64,000 nucleotides of DNA, taken from Eledone cirrhosa. Lineage: Eukaryota. The DNA is taken from the NCBI GenBank assembly GCA_964016885.1, contig OZ024740.1, forward strand, positions 234,174,001 through 234,238,000, given 5' to 3'. The first letter of the stretch is position 1. Every line of letters begins with the position of its first letter. The position numbers and the translations under genes were made by a program. Shown here one piece after another: positions 12,713 to 27,497 of the stretch. The notes beneath the pieces are model-generated. The model was not told the origin of the DNA and searched no databases. It saw only the letters and a program-made list of their open reading frames with translations.

Positions 12713-13887
12713 TATTTAATACAATAACAGAGAAAGCTTTACGCTAAACTCCGACTGGTAACCATCTCACTCAACAAACATTAGGTTATACGTTAGTATA
12801 AACCCAATTTAGTGTCTGGGGTGCTAACTATATGTATTTTGTGGAAAGCCAGTCAGTTGTATTATTTTATTTGAGATATAATTAAAGTTAAAATATATCT
12901 CTCTTTCCAAACAATTATTTCATTATAAGTTTTCTACAAGTTGGGAGAATGTTTCCAGTTTATGTAGAAGCCTAATATATTTTCATGTAAGAATATAATT
13001 AGGTGGGCACTTATAAATCGTCAGTGGAAGCCCATTAAACTTTGATATAAGAAAAATTTCTTACCGCAGTTAATTTTCGTGTCCGCTAATTTGTCCCTTC
13101 ACGCATCGAATGACCGCCAAATTTGAAATTCCAGCAGTCCTTTGACTGAGGAAGTATCATAGCGTCACGAAGCAGGAAAGGGAGACAATCACGAGTCACG
13201 AGAAAAGAAAAATAATATACACGTGGGTTAACTAGTTTTTTCAAAAACATTATCATTCCTGCGTGTTAAGAACTCAATTAATTTTTTTTAAATAAATGTA
13301 TGCGTGTATTAATTACACACGCATATAGATATTTTCTTAGGCTAAAAACAGAGAAGTGATACCTGAATAACGAACAATATCTCACAACTGTAATAAATAC
13401 GGAAAGTTACGCCATAAAAGGCATTTGGGAATGTAAATCTCTGGCCAAATTAAGAGTAAAATATTTAATACACGCGGGTTAATTAGTTATTTCAAAACCA
13501 ATATCAATTACGCGTGCTAAGAACTCAATTAATTTTAAAAAATAAATGTATGCATGTAATTATATTTACACACGCATATAGATATTTTCTTAGGCTAAAA
13601 ACAGAGAAGTGATAACCAAAAAACAAACAATATCTCATAACAGTAAGAAATACGGAAAGTCATGTTTATAAGGTACCTGGAAATAAAAATCTCTGGCCAA
13701 ATCAACAGTAAAATATTTAATACAATAACAGAGAAAGCTTTACGCTAAACTCCGACTGGTAACCATCTCACTCAACAAAGATTAGGTTATACGTTAGTAT
13801 AAACCCAATTTAGTGTCTGGGGTGCTAACTATATGTATTTTGTGGAAAGCCAGTTGTATTATTTTATATGAGATATAATTAAAGTTA
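12713..13887. repeat. Unclassified element with ~175-bp direct terminal repeats and an internal ~250-bp tandem dimer, flanked by (TA)n
   Basis: 12713-12890 matches 13713-13887; internal diverged repeats 13214-13470 and 13471-13722. Confidence 0.8.
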
Positions 13888-14280
<393 letters not shown>

Positions 14281-14354
14281 TTAAATATATATATATAGAT
14301 ATAGATAGATAGATAGATAGATAGATATAGATATAGATAGATATTTTTTTAACG

Positions 14355-14562
14355 ATCGACTTTCGTCAAATCGGACCGAGGAAACAATGTTTCCGTTGGT
14401 CTTTCCAATTGCTAATACTATCTATCGGTCGCAACTCCAGGTAGAAGGAGCGACGTGAAATAAAGTGTCTTGCTCAAGGACATAACGCATCGCCTGCTCC
14501 AGGAATCAAACTCACAACCTTACGATTGCGAATCCAATTCTCTAACCAATCAGCCACACGCC
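14355..14562 (-). mobile_element. tRNA-derived SINE family B (CORE-like)
   Basis: Reverse complement of 31666-31915; tRNA-like head, then TCCTTGAGCAAGACACTTTATTTCACGT. Confidence 0.75.
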
Positions 14563-14592
14563 TTAAGATATTATTATTATTACTTTGTCTCT

Positions 14593-14735
14593 TTGACGCA
14601 TATAGTTACGGCCCTTGCCATTCTGAGTTCAAATCCTGCCGAGTTAACTTTGCCTTTCATCCTTACGGGGTCGATAAAATAAAGTACCAGTAATACACTG
14701 GGATAATTGCTGGCCTTGTGCCAAAAGTAGAAACA
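14593..14735 (+). mobile_element. SINE family A, 5'-truncated, 17-bp TSD
   Basis: ATTATTACTTTGTCTCT at 14576-14592 and 14736-14752; B box GAGTTCAAATCC. Confidence 0.88.
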
Positions 14736-15036
14736 ATTATTACTTTGTCTCTAGTCTTAAGCTTTCATATATCTTAATGCACACTTATGTGTGCAAGAAT
14801 ATATTTCATTCTTATAATAATAATTATATATATAAGATATTACTTTAACAATGAAAACAATAACAAAGTCAACTTATTTTACCTATTCATACCATTGTTT
14901 TACGATCATTTCGGATGGTTGATTGTATTGACATATTGACTGGTCTATAGCAGTTATATGACTGTATACTATCAGACTTTATATATATGTTCGATCAAAC
15001 CGACGGGTAGACCACATTCAAAATGTATATATACAT

Positions 15037-15520
15037 ATATATATGAAAACAGGGAGAAAGAGACGATTATGAGGAAGAAACATTTTTTTTTTTTTCCTTT
15101 TTTGTTTCTCTCTCTCTTTTTTCTGGGTTAGAAAATGATTAAAACGAAATGTTTTACTTTGTGTGAAGTGTTAAGGTATTAGTTGATTTATTTATTATTT
15201 AACAATGGCATTTATTTATCTATTTATATATTTAATTATTGTCTATTACCGGTTTCAGCATTTATATGCATTATCAAATAATAGTGAAATGTATTAGTCT
15301 GGTGTCGCACATGTTAAACAGAAGGTGTAGAAAGAATAATGTTATATACAAACAAGGTTTAAGAAAGTAAAACATTTCTTTTTAATCATTTTCTAACCCA
15401 GAAAAGAGAGAGAGAGAGAAACAAAAAAGGAAAAAAATATATTTTCTTCCTCATAATTGTCTCTTTCTCCCTGTTTTCATATATATATATCCTAACTCGT
15501 GTGCTTCCTCTCCACATTTT
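15037..15520. mobile_element. Foldback PLE-like pseudo-LTR fragment with hammerhead (minus strand, 15243-15284)
   Basis: Arms ~15037-15161 / 15361-15490; minus strand TTGATAA TGCAT ataa ATGCT GAAA CCGG TA; tail with AACTCGTGT. Confidence 0.7.
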
Positions 15521-15537
15521 ATTATTATTATATATTA

Positions 15538-15729
15538 GGCGGTGGATTGGCAGTATCGGTAGAGGGTCGGACGCCATGCTTTCCAGCATAGTTACGTCCC
15601 TTTACGATCTGAGTTCAAATCCCGCCGAGGTTGACTTTGCCTTTCATCCTTACGGGGTCGATAAAATAAAGTACCAGTAATGCACTGGGTAATTGCTGGC
15701 CCTGTGCCTAAAGTAGAAACAATTATTAT

Positions 15730-15733
<4 letters not shown>
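15538..15733 (+). mobile_element. tRNA-derived SINE family A, full length
   Basis: A box TGGCAGTATCGG, B box GAGTTCAAATCCC, central GCCTTTCATCCTTACGGGGTCGATAAAATAAAGTACCAGT, (ATT)n tail; nearly identical to 51444-51632. Confidence 0.92.
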
Positions 15734-15763
<30 letters not shown>

Positions 15764-16064
15764 TAGATGATTCAGTGAATTACTGGTGGTGGTACCAAAA
15801 CACGCACTCTAGCACTCTATGCACAGGCAGAGTGCATATATTAGAAAAAATCGAGGAAGTTTCGATACATATGTAACATTTTTATTGTGTATCGACCTGT
15901 TACACGCGTTTCGCAGAGGATTTGCTCAAGGTCACTCATGGGAGTTATTGACCCAATTCTATTATCGATCTACTCATCAGACTGGCAATGTAACAAATAT
16001 ATGCATATATAAATATATATATCTACGTATATATTATTCAAATATATATATATATATATATATC

Positions 16065-16592
16065 GGTAGTTTACCCTAAAATGGGAAAAATTAGCTAAAA
16101 CCCAAAGCTTTTCCAGGAGCCAAAATTTCTGCAAATTGTGTAATCTTGAGATTTATTACATAATCACACACAAGAAGAAACTGCTGAATAACAGAATTGA
16201 ACGAACATTATTCTGCCGTCACAGAACTAAAACCCTTTTTTCCCACTACAAGCCGAATATTACATAAAAGAGGGACATCCCCCAACTATATAAACCTTAA
16301 TCTAGTTAGAAAAATATAAAAACAATCTCTTCTCAACATATATTAATAACCTTAAATTACCATACTAATAATGAAAAGATATGCTGATGAGAATAGGTAC
16401 AAATATGCGATAATGAATGTGTCTAAAAACGTCCATAAGTATGTATATATATGTGAAAATGTATATAAATAAGTAAATATATATATGTTTGATGTGTATA
16501 GTTAGATGTAAGTGTATTCATGTATTAAAGTGCTTATATATATATATGTATATGTGTGTATATGTATGTTTGTGTATGTATGCATATGTATA

Positions 16593-16651
<59 letters not shown>

Positions 16652-17390
16652 GTATATATGTATGTATATATGTGTATGTATATATGTGTATATGGATGTG
16701 TATGTATGTGTATGTGTGTACACATGGACTAGAGTATGTATGTATATATGTGTGTGTCTATACGTGTGTATATAAAGATAAGTTGAGTATGAAAATGTAT
16801 ACACATGAGCGCGTATGTATGTACATGAATACATGTGTGTATATATATGTGTATGCATGTGTATATATATGTAAGTATGAATATGTGAATTGTGTGTATA
16901 TGTATTTTGTAGAGGTGTGCAAATATATTTGTGTGTGAATGCGTGGGTGAAAGGATACGTACACTTGAAAGAAAAATTTAAGTCTGAATGTTAATTAAGT
17001 GCAAACACAAAACCAACCACGCATATCTTCACTATCTCTAATCCTTCTATAGATTTAGAAAAATAACCAATAATATATTCTATAAAAAATGTCAAAACAA
17101 CAGATGGGAATCTAATTACTCACTGCCACCAAGAATTCTCACTGCTATCGAAAAACCACTCCTTCAACTATTCTTCTAACAACTTCACCCCTCCCTCCTA
17201 ATATTCTCTATAAAAACTAAATAGGTCCTCAGTAATATTATTCTGATGAAATGACAGTAAATAATAACATTGAAATATTGAATGTCTGCATAACTAAAAG
17301 TTTGTAGATAGCTGTTTTAGGTTATCTAACTGTTATAGAAACACGTGTCAATAAATTCCTTTCAACTAAACTGTATCCATTCAAATCTTT
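16065..17390 (+). mobile_element. Decayed PLE 3' end and pseudo-LTR
   Basis: Remnant CKLCNLEIYYI..LLNNRIE..CRH resembles the C-terminus at 47234-47400; CTGATGA AATG..CATT GAAA at 17243-17275 and GAAACACGTGTC at ~17338. Confidence 0.55.
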
Positions 17391-17764
17391 CTATATATAT
17401 ATATATATATATATATATTGAAATATATTAAAATATACAGAGAGGCTTTTTGGCAGTTTGGTATCAAAAAAGTTAATACAACCATCTGGTTCTTGGATAT
17501 CGTTAGCAGATTTCATTCAGATGCAAGCTTTTATTTCTACCAGCAAGCTTGGTCTCATTACCACCTAATTTTCTTTTTTCCTACATTCATTGACCTGAAG
17601 GTTTTCAGGCTTAATATCAGCCGCATCAGTCTCAATAATTTTGGACGGCCTACGAAAATCATAGACATTGTTCTCTCGCTTTCATTCCTCTACACACAAC
17701 TGTCTATCTGTATGTATATAAGTAAATATGTATGCATGTAAAATATGTATGTATTTATGGAGAG

Positions 17765-18185
17765 ATGACCCCTTAGCCTTTGTCAAGGCAGAATTCTAGG
17801 AGAAGGAAAACTCTGATATAACACCTGCAACTCTGATGGTATCCAATGATGTTGACTTGTTCTTCTTTTTGGTAACTATCATCTTGGTTAAGAGAATGGG
17901 ACTGGCTTTGTGCAGTGCCTTTGCTCACTATAAAAGCTTCACGGCACAGGCATTGTTTTATATCTGGAGATCTCTCTGCACTTGTCGTCACATGGTACCA
18001 TGGGCCCAGCACTATGTGTCAATAATTGTCACAAGTGTAGTGTTTGTACCAGAGTTTTCAAGTCGCTGACTGGACTAAAAAGTCACACTCGTTCAGCGCA
18101 TCAGTAGGGGTTCTCCTACATGGATATAAAGTAGTGGCTGTACTCGAAAATGAGTTGGCAGCCACCATGTATTTATGTATGTAAG
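17765..18185 (+). mobile_element. Non-autonomous bipartite RTE-derived element
   Basis: TCTAGGAGAAGGAAAACTCTGA at ~17796; 3' end homologous to that of 5460-5993; TATG-like tail. Confidence 0.62.
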
Positions 18186-18527
18186 CATGAATGCATTTTG
18201 TATGCATTTTGTATGTTTGCCGTTAAGATTCCGCATCAAAAATGCTTGGTATTTATTCCAACCCTGAGTTCAAATCTCGCTGAGGTCAGCTTTACCTTTC
18301 ATCCTTTCGTGGTCGATAAATAATGTACCAGTCCAGTACTTGGATTAGTTCTTCCTCTATTTCTCTTTCTCTGGAGAAAGTCGGGGTGTTCTGACCTGGA
18401 GAGGAATGGGTTCCGCCGGGTTTTAAATGTTCAAGATACGCCGTGTATGAGGACAATGCCCTTATGATTCCATTAGAAGTTAAGGGACCATTTCTTTTTG
18501 TGTATGTATGCAAGTATGTATGTATGC

Positions 18528-18635
18528 ATGCATATAAGTATGAATGTATGCATATAAGTATGAATGTATGCATATAAGTATGAATGTATGCATATAAGTA
18601 TGAATGTATGCATATAAGTATGAATCTATGCATAC
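18528..18635. repeat. 20-bp minisatellite (GCATATAAGTATGAATGTAT) x~5
   Basis: Seen directly. Confidence 0.9.
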
Positions 18636-19381
18636 TTGTATGTATGCATCCGTGCTTGCATGCATGCTTGTATGTATATATGTATATATGTATGTATGTA
18701 TTTATTTATTTATTTATTTATTAAGCACACAGATCATATATATGAATAATTTTCCCAAACTTATAAACAAATAATGGAAACTTAATTTTTTCCAAGTTGG
18801 CACTGAATTTAACGAGACTAAAAAATAGTTGGGTATCGTTGTGATGTCCATGCCTTTCCAGAAAACAATGCCTTTTTTTAAATGAAGAATTAAATATGAA
18901 TTTTGAAAAAGGGAATGGCGAAACGAAGTTGTAGATTGCCTAGTTAGTTCTGTCAGTCGTTACCATTATCGGTTAGTTCAGACTGTTGTCGGAATTGGTC
19001 AGACAGAAGTTGAAATTATAAACATTGCTGATCGCTGGAATACCTGGGCGATGACACAGGACAGTGACCCTGGCTAACCGTGTTCAAATTGTATATGGAG
19101 GGTGCTGACTTGAGACAGATGTGTTCAAATCAATGTGAAGCTAAAAAACGAAGATAATTTTTACAAGTGGTGAGTTCACGCTGTCTGACATCTGTTGCAT
19201 GTCTGCTATGTTTTAATACGTTAAAAGGCTGTATTGTGTTCTGTTAGCAAGTTGCAGCAGTAGTAGTAACAGTGTAGTTATTAATATGGTCACTTCGCTT
19301 GTATTATGTAAGCTATGATGTAATGCCTTTTACTGGTTCATTTAGGGGCTCTATTTGCAAACGATTATTATTATTTCCATT

Positions 19382-19412
<31 letters not shown>

Positions 19413-19416
19413 AATC

Positions 19417-19472
<56 letters not shown>

Positions 19473-19760
19473 ACATATGTGTGTGTATTTGTACGTATAG
19501 ATGTATATATGTATATATATGTGTCTGTGTGTGTGTGTGTGTCTGTCTGTCTGCCTGTCTGTGTGTCTGTGTGTTTGTCTGTGTCTGTGTGTGTGTTTCT
19601 GTTAGTGTGTGTGTCGGTCCGTCTGTCTGTATGTATGTATGTGTGTGTGTGTTTGTGCGTGTGTGTGTGTATGTGTGTGTGTGTCTATGTGTGTATGCAT
19701 GTGTATGTGCCTATGTGTGTGTGTGCATGCGTGTGTGTCCGTGTGTGTGTGTGTGTGTGC

Positions 19761-19894
<134 letters not shown>

Positions 19895-20719
19895 ATGTGT
19901 ATGTGCCTCTGTGTGTGTGTATCTGTGTGTGTATCTGTGTGTATGCACCTCATTGTTTATCTATCTATCGAGACAGGTATATCTATATCTATTTACGCTA
20001 GTCTATCTGAGTCTGCGTGTCTAGCCGTGATCGCATATCTTTCTATCTATCTATTGATTTCCGCGTGTCTTTGCTTGTCTGTCTCTCCCGGCATATCCAA
20101 GTTTCTGAATGTTTTGTTTGTCCATCTGTCTATCTGTACCTACCTTTCCATTTTACCATTCTCGGTACTTCTTTATATATCTACTTATCTATACCGCTTT
20201 ATTTAACTATGTTTGTTGTTGCCTTTTCTAAATTCATTTATTTTCCGCTCTATCCATCCGTCACATTCGTAATAATTGGAGAGGAGAATGACAGACAAAG
20301 ACAGACAAAGACAGACAAAGACAGACAAAGACAGAGGATAAAAAAGAGATAAAGAGAGGTGTATGCATGAAAAAAAATTATAAAAAATATGCCAACACCA
20401 CCGGGATTAATCCCGTCCCATCGACATAAGTATTACCACCACACATTCTCATAATTTCTAGTATTGCGATTGTTTAACCCACTACGTACTGTTGCATGAG
20501 CTATTGCAAGAGCTACCTGTCAACAATTTAGTTGTTGCTAGCTTCTGCAAATATGTCTACCACTGGTTACTTATAACTCTTATAACTGATGCTTGAATTT
20601 AGTTTAATCATATACACGCTATGTAAAACAACAACTATCTGTAGGCCGGATCAGCGCTACCATTAAGACCTCTCAAGGAGGCACGTTACTGAACCTTAAA
20701 GTATTATAGTTAGATAGAA

Positions 20720-20770
<51 letters not shown>

Positions 20771-20902
20771 TGAGTAGGACCCCGACGGCTGAGCTCAAGC
20801 CGTTTCGACGGCTAATTCTGGACCTATTACCCACTCTACTACCCTAAGTATTGAGTACTTTGGTGTGTTGTGGTTCACCTGGTTCATTACCACATTTCCT
20901 TC

Positions 20903-20989
<87 letters not shown>

Positions 20990-21058
20990 GTATGTATATA
21001 TATATATATATATATATAACGAAGGAATTGTGGTAAGGAACCAGATGGACCATATTTA

Positions 21059-21089
<31 letters not shown>

Positions 21090-21090
21090 T

Positions 21091-21117
<27 letters not shown>

Positions 21118-21122
<5 letters not shown>

Positions 21123-21736
21123 AAATTGAGGTTGGTAATGGCACATGGAATATATAAGAGACAGAATACTTTTTTGTGAAAAAACATAATTTTATAAGGT
21201 AAGGAAATAATAAAGGGTATAAAAAATGACCGGTTTCGATGGGTCTGCAAAAGCCATCTTTTCAAATGTTGATTAATATTAAGAAAAATTAATAATACGA
21301 AGAGTTAAAATTTGAGACTTGAAAATTCAAGTATAAAATTCATTGTGGGATTTCATAGCAGTTTTCATCTAGGTAGCAACAACAGGTTGACTGCTGTGTC
21401 CCTTTCTGGTAGTGAATGAGAAGTTATTTGGGGTGTGGGTTATTTTATAAAGGTCAGATTTAGCAATCACCAACTGGCCAGCTGCTGGTCAGTGAGGGGG
21501 TGGAAGCAATATACATACACATATCTTCCTGTGGTGGGTAGGAGAGTGGAGCGTGATAGAAAGGGATTTAGTGCACTTACACCTATATATACACACATAC
21601 CTTCATCCACACATACATACATATACATATACATATATATATATATATATATACATATACACACATACATACACACACACATACATATACATACACACAT
21701 ACACACATACACACACACACACATATATATACACAT

Positions 21737-21787
<51 letters not shown>

Positions 21788-21858
21788 TATATATACATAC
21801 ACATACATCCAGATACACACATACATACACACACACACACACACATATATATATACAC

Positions 21859-21918
<60 letters not shown>

Positions 21919-23210
21919 CAATGGAATAGACAGAGCAAAACACCTAAATCCCCATCAACTTAACAATCCAAAACAGAAAACCACACTCAACACCCTGCCA
22001 TATGTATCCACTTTCAACCCCAGAAATACCGAAATGTTTGATCACCTACACAAAAACCTCCCCATCCTACTTAAAGATGTAAAAATGAAGTCTATTCTTG
22101 AAACACACAAGATCCTTAAAAGTAAAAGACAACCCAAATCACTTAAACGCATTCTCACTGGACCAAATATACCCAAACCAATCCTCAACCCTACAGTTAC
22201 CAAATGTGGTAGAACAAACTGTGGAACGTGCCTCTACCTCACTGAAGGACAAACATTTACATTCAAAGATGGCCAAACATTTACAGTAAAAAACAATTTC
22301 ACCTGCAACTCGGAGAACTTGATTTACGCAATAACTTGCGGTGGGTGCAAACACAACTACATAGGACAGACGGGCACCTCATTACGCAAAAGAATGACCA
22401 TCCACCGCCAACAAATCCGGGACGCTAACACAAGAAAAATCCCCTTGAGCAGCCATATTGCGAACTGCGCAGGAATGACACTACCCAACTTTAAAATATT
22501 CCCCTTCTACAAGTGCTCAGATTCGTTCACACAGCAACAAAGAATAAACAAAGAAAATCTATTCCTTAACAAATTTAAACCAAAACTAAACGGGTTATCA
22601 CCCCAATAGAATTGTCATAAAATATAAACACACATACGCACGGAATCACTACTATTAAAGACCAGAGACCAATTCTGTAGAATCAGGTTTATTCATTGAC
22701 AGACCATGCCTTTGTGTGACCAACACATCCATGTTAAACCCTGCACGTGCAAACATATATATCTATATATATATGCGCACACAGAATTCACCACTGTCGG
22801 TTGCGGGGCCCAATCTACATGAAGAACTCAATGTGATCAGAATGACTTGTATTTTAATTTCACTGCCCCAACTTCTTATATTATGGAAAAAATATATGTG
22901 TCTGTATGTATATATATATATATTTGAAGGCCATTTCTCTGTGTGTGGGTGTATGTATGTGTATATGTGTGTGTGTGTGTATGTGTGTGCATGTGGATGT
23001 ATGTATTGTGTGTGCGTGTGTGTGTGTGTGTGTGTATGTATGTGGGTATCTGGATGTATGCGTATGTGTATATATATATATATATATGCGTGTGTGTGTG
23101 TGTGTGTGTATATATATGTGTGTGTATGTGTGTATATATATGTGTCTGTGTATGTATGTTTGTATGTGTGTATGTATATATATATGTGTGTGTGCGTGTA
23201 TGTATGTGTG

Positions 23211-23257
<47 letters not shown>

Positions 23258-23328
23258 GTGTATATATATATGTGTGTGTGTGTGTGTGTATGTATGTGTG
23301 TATCTGGATGTATGTGTATGTATATATA

Positions 23329-23381
<53 letters not shown>

Positions 23382-24023
23382 ATGTGTATATATATGTGTG
23401 TGTGTGTGTATGTGTGTATGTATATGTATGTGTGTGTGTATGTATGTGTGTATATGTATATATATATATATATATATGTATATGTATATGTATGTATGTG
23501 TGGATGAAGGTATGTGTGTATATATAGGTGTAAGTGCACTAAATCCCTTTCTATCACGCTCCACTCTCCTACCCACCACAGGAAGATATGTGTATGTATA
23601 TTGCTTCCACCCCCTCACTGACCAGCAGCTGGCCAGTTGGTGATTGCTAAATCTGACCTTTATAAAATAACCCACACCCCAAATAACTTCTCATTCACTA
23701 CCAGAAAGGGACACAGCAGTCAACCTGTTGTTGCTACCTAGATGAAAACTGCTATGAAATCCCACAATGAATTTTATACTTGAATTTTCAAGTCTCAAAT
23801 TTTAACTCTTCGTATTATTAATTTTTCTTAATATTAATCAACATTTGAAAAGATGGCTTTTGCAGACCCATCGAAACCGGTCATTTTTTATACCCTTTAT
23901 TATTTCCTTACCTTATAAAATTATGTTTTTTCACAAAAAAGTATTCTGTCTCTTATATATTCCATGTGCCATTACCAACCTCAATTTTCTCTATAACCTT
24001 CGTTTTGTGTAGAAAATTACACT

Positions 24024-24028
<5 letters not shown>
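21118..24028 (+). mobile_element. Penelope-like element, 5'-truncated: inverted pLTR + GIY-YIG endonuclease + 3' pLTR
   Basis: ORF 22034-22609 with C-x4-C-x2-C, NLIYAITC..C..YIGQTG..LRKR..HR, NKFKPKLN; ~800-bp inverted repeat 21118-~21915 / ~23215-23992; HHR at 23845-23882 mirrored at 21228-21265; unpaired tail 23993-24028. Confidence 0.9.
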
Positions 24029-24060
<32 letters not shown>

Positions 24061-24221
24061 TGGAGGTAGATATGGCTTAGTTTCAGTAATAAATACAGAA
24101 ACATATGTCAAAGCAAATAAATTCCTAATCTCTTCACGCCAACGTTTTATTTGTCTTGGTGCAATACCTGCTTATATTAAAGTATATGTGTGTGTGGGGG
24201 GGGGGGGGTATCTGCAATAAC

Positions 24222-24980
24222 AATGTTTTTTTATATAGGCACAAGACCACCATATTTTGGGGGAGGGAGAAGTCGATTAAATCGCCCCCAGTGCATACTG
24301 ATGCTTTATTTTATCGACCCCGTAAGGATGAAAAGCAAAGCTAACCTTGGTGGGATTTGAAATGTATGTATGCTGCAAAGTATGTTGGCCGACGCTCTAC
24401 CGATTCTGTCAATAATGATAATAATAATTGTTTTTACTTTAGACACAAGGCCAGCAATTTGAAGGGACAGGGGAAAGTCGATTAAATCGACCCCAGTGCA
24501 TAAGTGATACTTTATTTTATCGACCCCGTAAGGATAAAAGGCAAAGCTAACATCGGCGAAACCACCTTCCGTGATAGGGATCGGGGCCTGGAATGAAACC
24601 CGTGAAGAGGTACTCCCGGTAAGTGCGGGCCATCAGCCCGCATCGATCAAGTCTCTTAATAATTGTTTCTACTTTTGGCACAAGGCCAGCAACTAACACC
24701 AGTGTATTACTGGTACTTTATTTTATCGACCCCCGTAGGGGTGAAAGCAAAGTTAACCTCGGCGGGATTTGAACTCAGACCATAAAGGGCCGTAACTCTT
24801 TGCTGCAAAGCATGGCGTCCGACCCTCTACTGATGCTGCCAATACACCGCCCTATTAAGTCTCTTAATAATAATAATAATTGTTTCTACTTTAGGCACAA
24901 GGCCAGCAATTATCCCAGTGCATTACTGGTACTTTATTTTATCAACCCCGTAAGGATGAAAGGCAAAGTCAACCTCGGCT
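24222..24980 (-). mobile_element. Cluster of four SINE family A copies or fragments
   Basis: Copies at ~24222-24410, 24428-24560, 24660-24852 (flanked by duplicated AAGTCTCTTAATAAT) and 24878-24980. Confidence 0.85.
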
Positions 24981-25277
24981 AATTTCCTGCGATCAATAAG
25001 CAAATGTTTTATGCGTAGCTGCGGTGGTGTTATGACCTGTCAAATGATTTGGTATGGGTTAGTATAGACTGTAGTCGAAAATGAAGGCTTAATAATTTTC
25101 TTAGTTTGGCCAAGAAACTAGCTTCATTAGCTTGCTAAACAGTAAGTTTGCATTATCTTTTTTAGGAGAATGTAGTGCATAACTGGGAGAAGGAAACACA
25201 CATCCTAGGGCTTACCTCAGGCACTAAATACCCATGCACTGATTCAGATTACAGGTCAAGTTACTGTCAGTGGTCAC

Positions 25278-25308
<31 letters not shown>

Positions 25309-25364
25309 GGAACAAGTAAGACCCCGACGGCTGAGCTCAAGCCGTTTCGACGGCTAATTCTGGA

Positions 25365-25437
<73 letters not shown>

Positions 25438-26016
25438 ATATACAGAGAGAGTGAGACGGGAGGAGAACTAGGAAGTTTCTCCGTAATGGTTCAGTGTGCT
25501 AGAAATAACAGCAAAACCTCCTCCATATAGATTTATACATTATATATTAGTTTAAGTAAAGCGGTTCGTCTTGTTTACATTCTTTATTTTCGATTTTTTT
25601 CTGTCCTTGGACTCCTTTACTTCTGTATCTCCTTTGTGATCCTCTAATTTTGTACTCCTGAAGAAGGGCTAAATCCCGACACGTCAAACTTTTTCCCCCT
25701 TTTCCATATAAAGCGTGAAACTATACCTCTTTTTATACCTCTGTTTGTTGTCTCCTTCAATTACTAATCTATCTTCCTATGTAAGATGAAATGTTATAAG
25801 GTAGTTCAAAATATTTACAGTGTTAGGTTGCCTATAAGGATACGTGTGTGTTTCTAAAGTCACCAAATCTCTTTTGTTAGCATGAGGAAATTAGTTCTGT
25901 CATTTGTGGACTAGTTTTGTTCTGTTCGTTTGTTTTATATATATATACGATAGAATATATAATACAGTGTTGTCAATACTATCTTCATGATAGCGTATTC
26001 GCACTCGCTATATATA

Positions 26017-26173
<157 letters not shown>

Positions 26174-26325
26174 TGTGTGTGTGTGTGTGTGTGTGTGTTT
26201 CTCAAAGAACTGGTAGCATATGCCACCAAAAACAACGCGATTCTTCGGAACAGGGAATATCAAAGGATCGAAATAAAGGAGATAAACTTTGTTCCATCAT
26301 TTCGTTTTTTCTGTTCAAGTTCTAA

Positions 26326-26382
26326 CTGTCTGATGAGGTCATAGCTGTTGAATAATGGTTATCACCGAAATGAATATAACAG
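26326..26382 (+). ncRNA. Type I hammerhead ribozyme motif
   Basis: CTGT-CTGATGA-GGT c ATAGCTGTT gaat AATGGTTAT c ACC-GAAA-tgaata-TA-ACAG. Confidence 0.65.
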
Positions 26383-26689
26383 CGAATATAAATAAACGAT
26401 GTTAACCTGTTGACTTACACTTCTTGTTTTTAAATTACTCCGGAGTAAACAGACCCACCCGCATACTGAAATGTCGGTAACTAACCAACACATATTCAAA
26501 TTTATATATATGTATATATATATATATATTTGTGAGAATATTTGTTCCGAAGTTATTGGAAGTGTCCGACGAACCTGCAGTTCTAGAATCAGACAGATGC
26601 ACTTGTCCTTTACCCCAGCGCAAATTAATCGGAAGATTTTTCTGGAAGGTCCTAAATGCTCTTCTCTTTAACCATATGAATGCACCACA

Positions 26690-27110
26690 TTTAGAATATT
26701 TCTCATCCATCTTTCCTACTGAGTTTAATTTCATTCCAGTTTCTTAAAAGCTGACATTTAACTGATGTCTGGAAAGTTTCTTCGAACCTTGTTTAATGTA
26801 AGACCGATATATCGCACAATGCTTCATATTAACTATACTTGTTTGATATATTTGAAGCAGGTCTTTGTCTTTACTTAGAAAATAAATTGTATTTTTCTGT
26901 CTCTTTCTTGTTTGTATGTTGTTTCATCCGTATTCCCTTGCTGAACGTGCTGTTTTTTTTTTTGTTTTTTTTTATGGGGCTGCATTTGTAATCTTTGCTA
27001 AGTAGTGAGTAAGGGATGGTGGAAACATCGTTGCTCATTGATATGATGTCTCTTGTCAATAGTTTCTATATTTTCATTGTTTGGCATTAAAGAAATGTTA
27101 TTTTGTCACT
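26690..27110 (-). pseudogene. Decayed PLE GIY-YIG remnant
   Basis: Minus-strand RYIGLT near 26800; K-rich, frameshifted. Confidence 0.4.
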
Positions 27111-27333
27111 GTTAAATTGCAACAGAGGTAGTGAATTAACAGAGTCGTTAGAACGTCGGATAGAATACTTTGCATATTCGTTTCGATTCTCTTCTCTCTG
27201 AGTTTAAATCCCTCTGAGATTGATAAAAAAAAAGTACGAGTCTAATACCGGGGTCGATTCTTCCTCAATATCTCTTTCTCACTTTTACTCTCTCTCATTC
27301 TCTCTATCCTTCTCGGGAGGGAATCTTCTGTAT

Positions 27334-27497
27334 GAAACCTGGAGCGGGATGGACTCCGCCGTACGACTTCCTCTGTAGTTACGGGACCATGCATGCAAGT
27401 ATGCAAGTATGCAAATATGCAATGAAAACTGGAGAGGGGTGGACTCCACCGTACGACTTCCTCTGTAGTTACGGGACCATGCATGCAAGTATGCAAA
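27334..27497. repeat. Tandem duplication (~90-bp period) resembling a LINE 3' end
   Basis: GGACTCC.CCGTACGACTTCCTCTGTAGTTACGGGACCATGCATGCAAGTATGCAA occurs twice. Confidence 0.8.

Noticed and set aside
15538-15630. tRNA gene
   Set aside because: A and B boxes belong to a multi-copy SINE head with body and tail; no complete cloverleaf.
24562-24650. Possible HDV-like ribozyme in a GC-rich insert between SINEs
   Set aside because: Hairpins are present but I could not assemble P1/P2/P3/P1.1.
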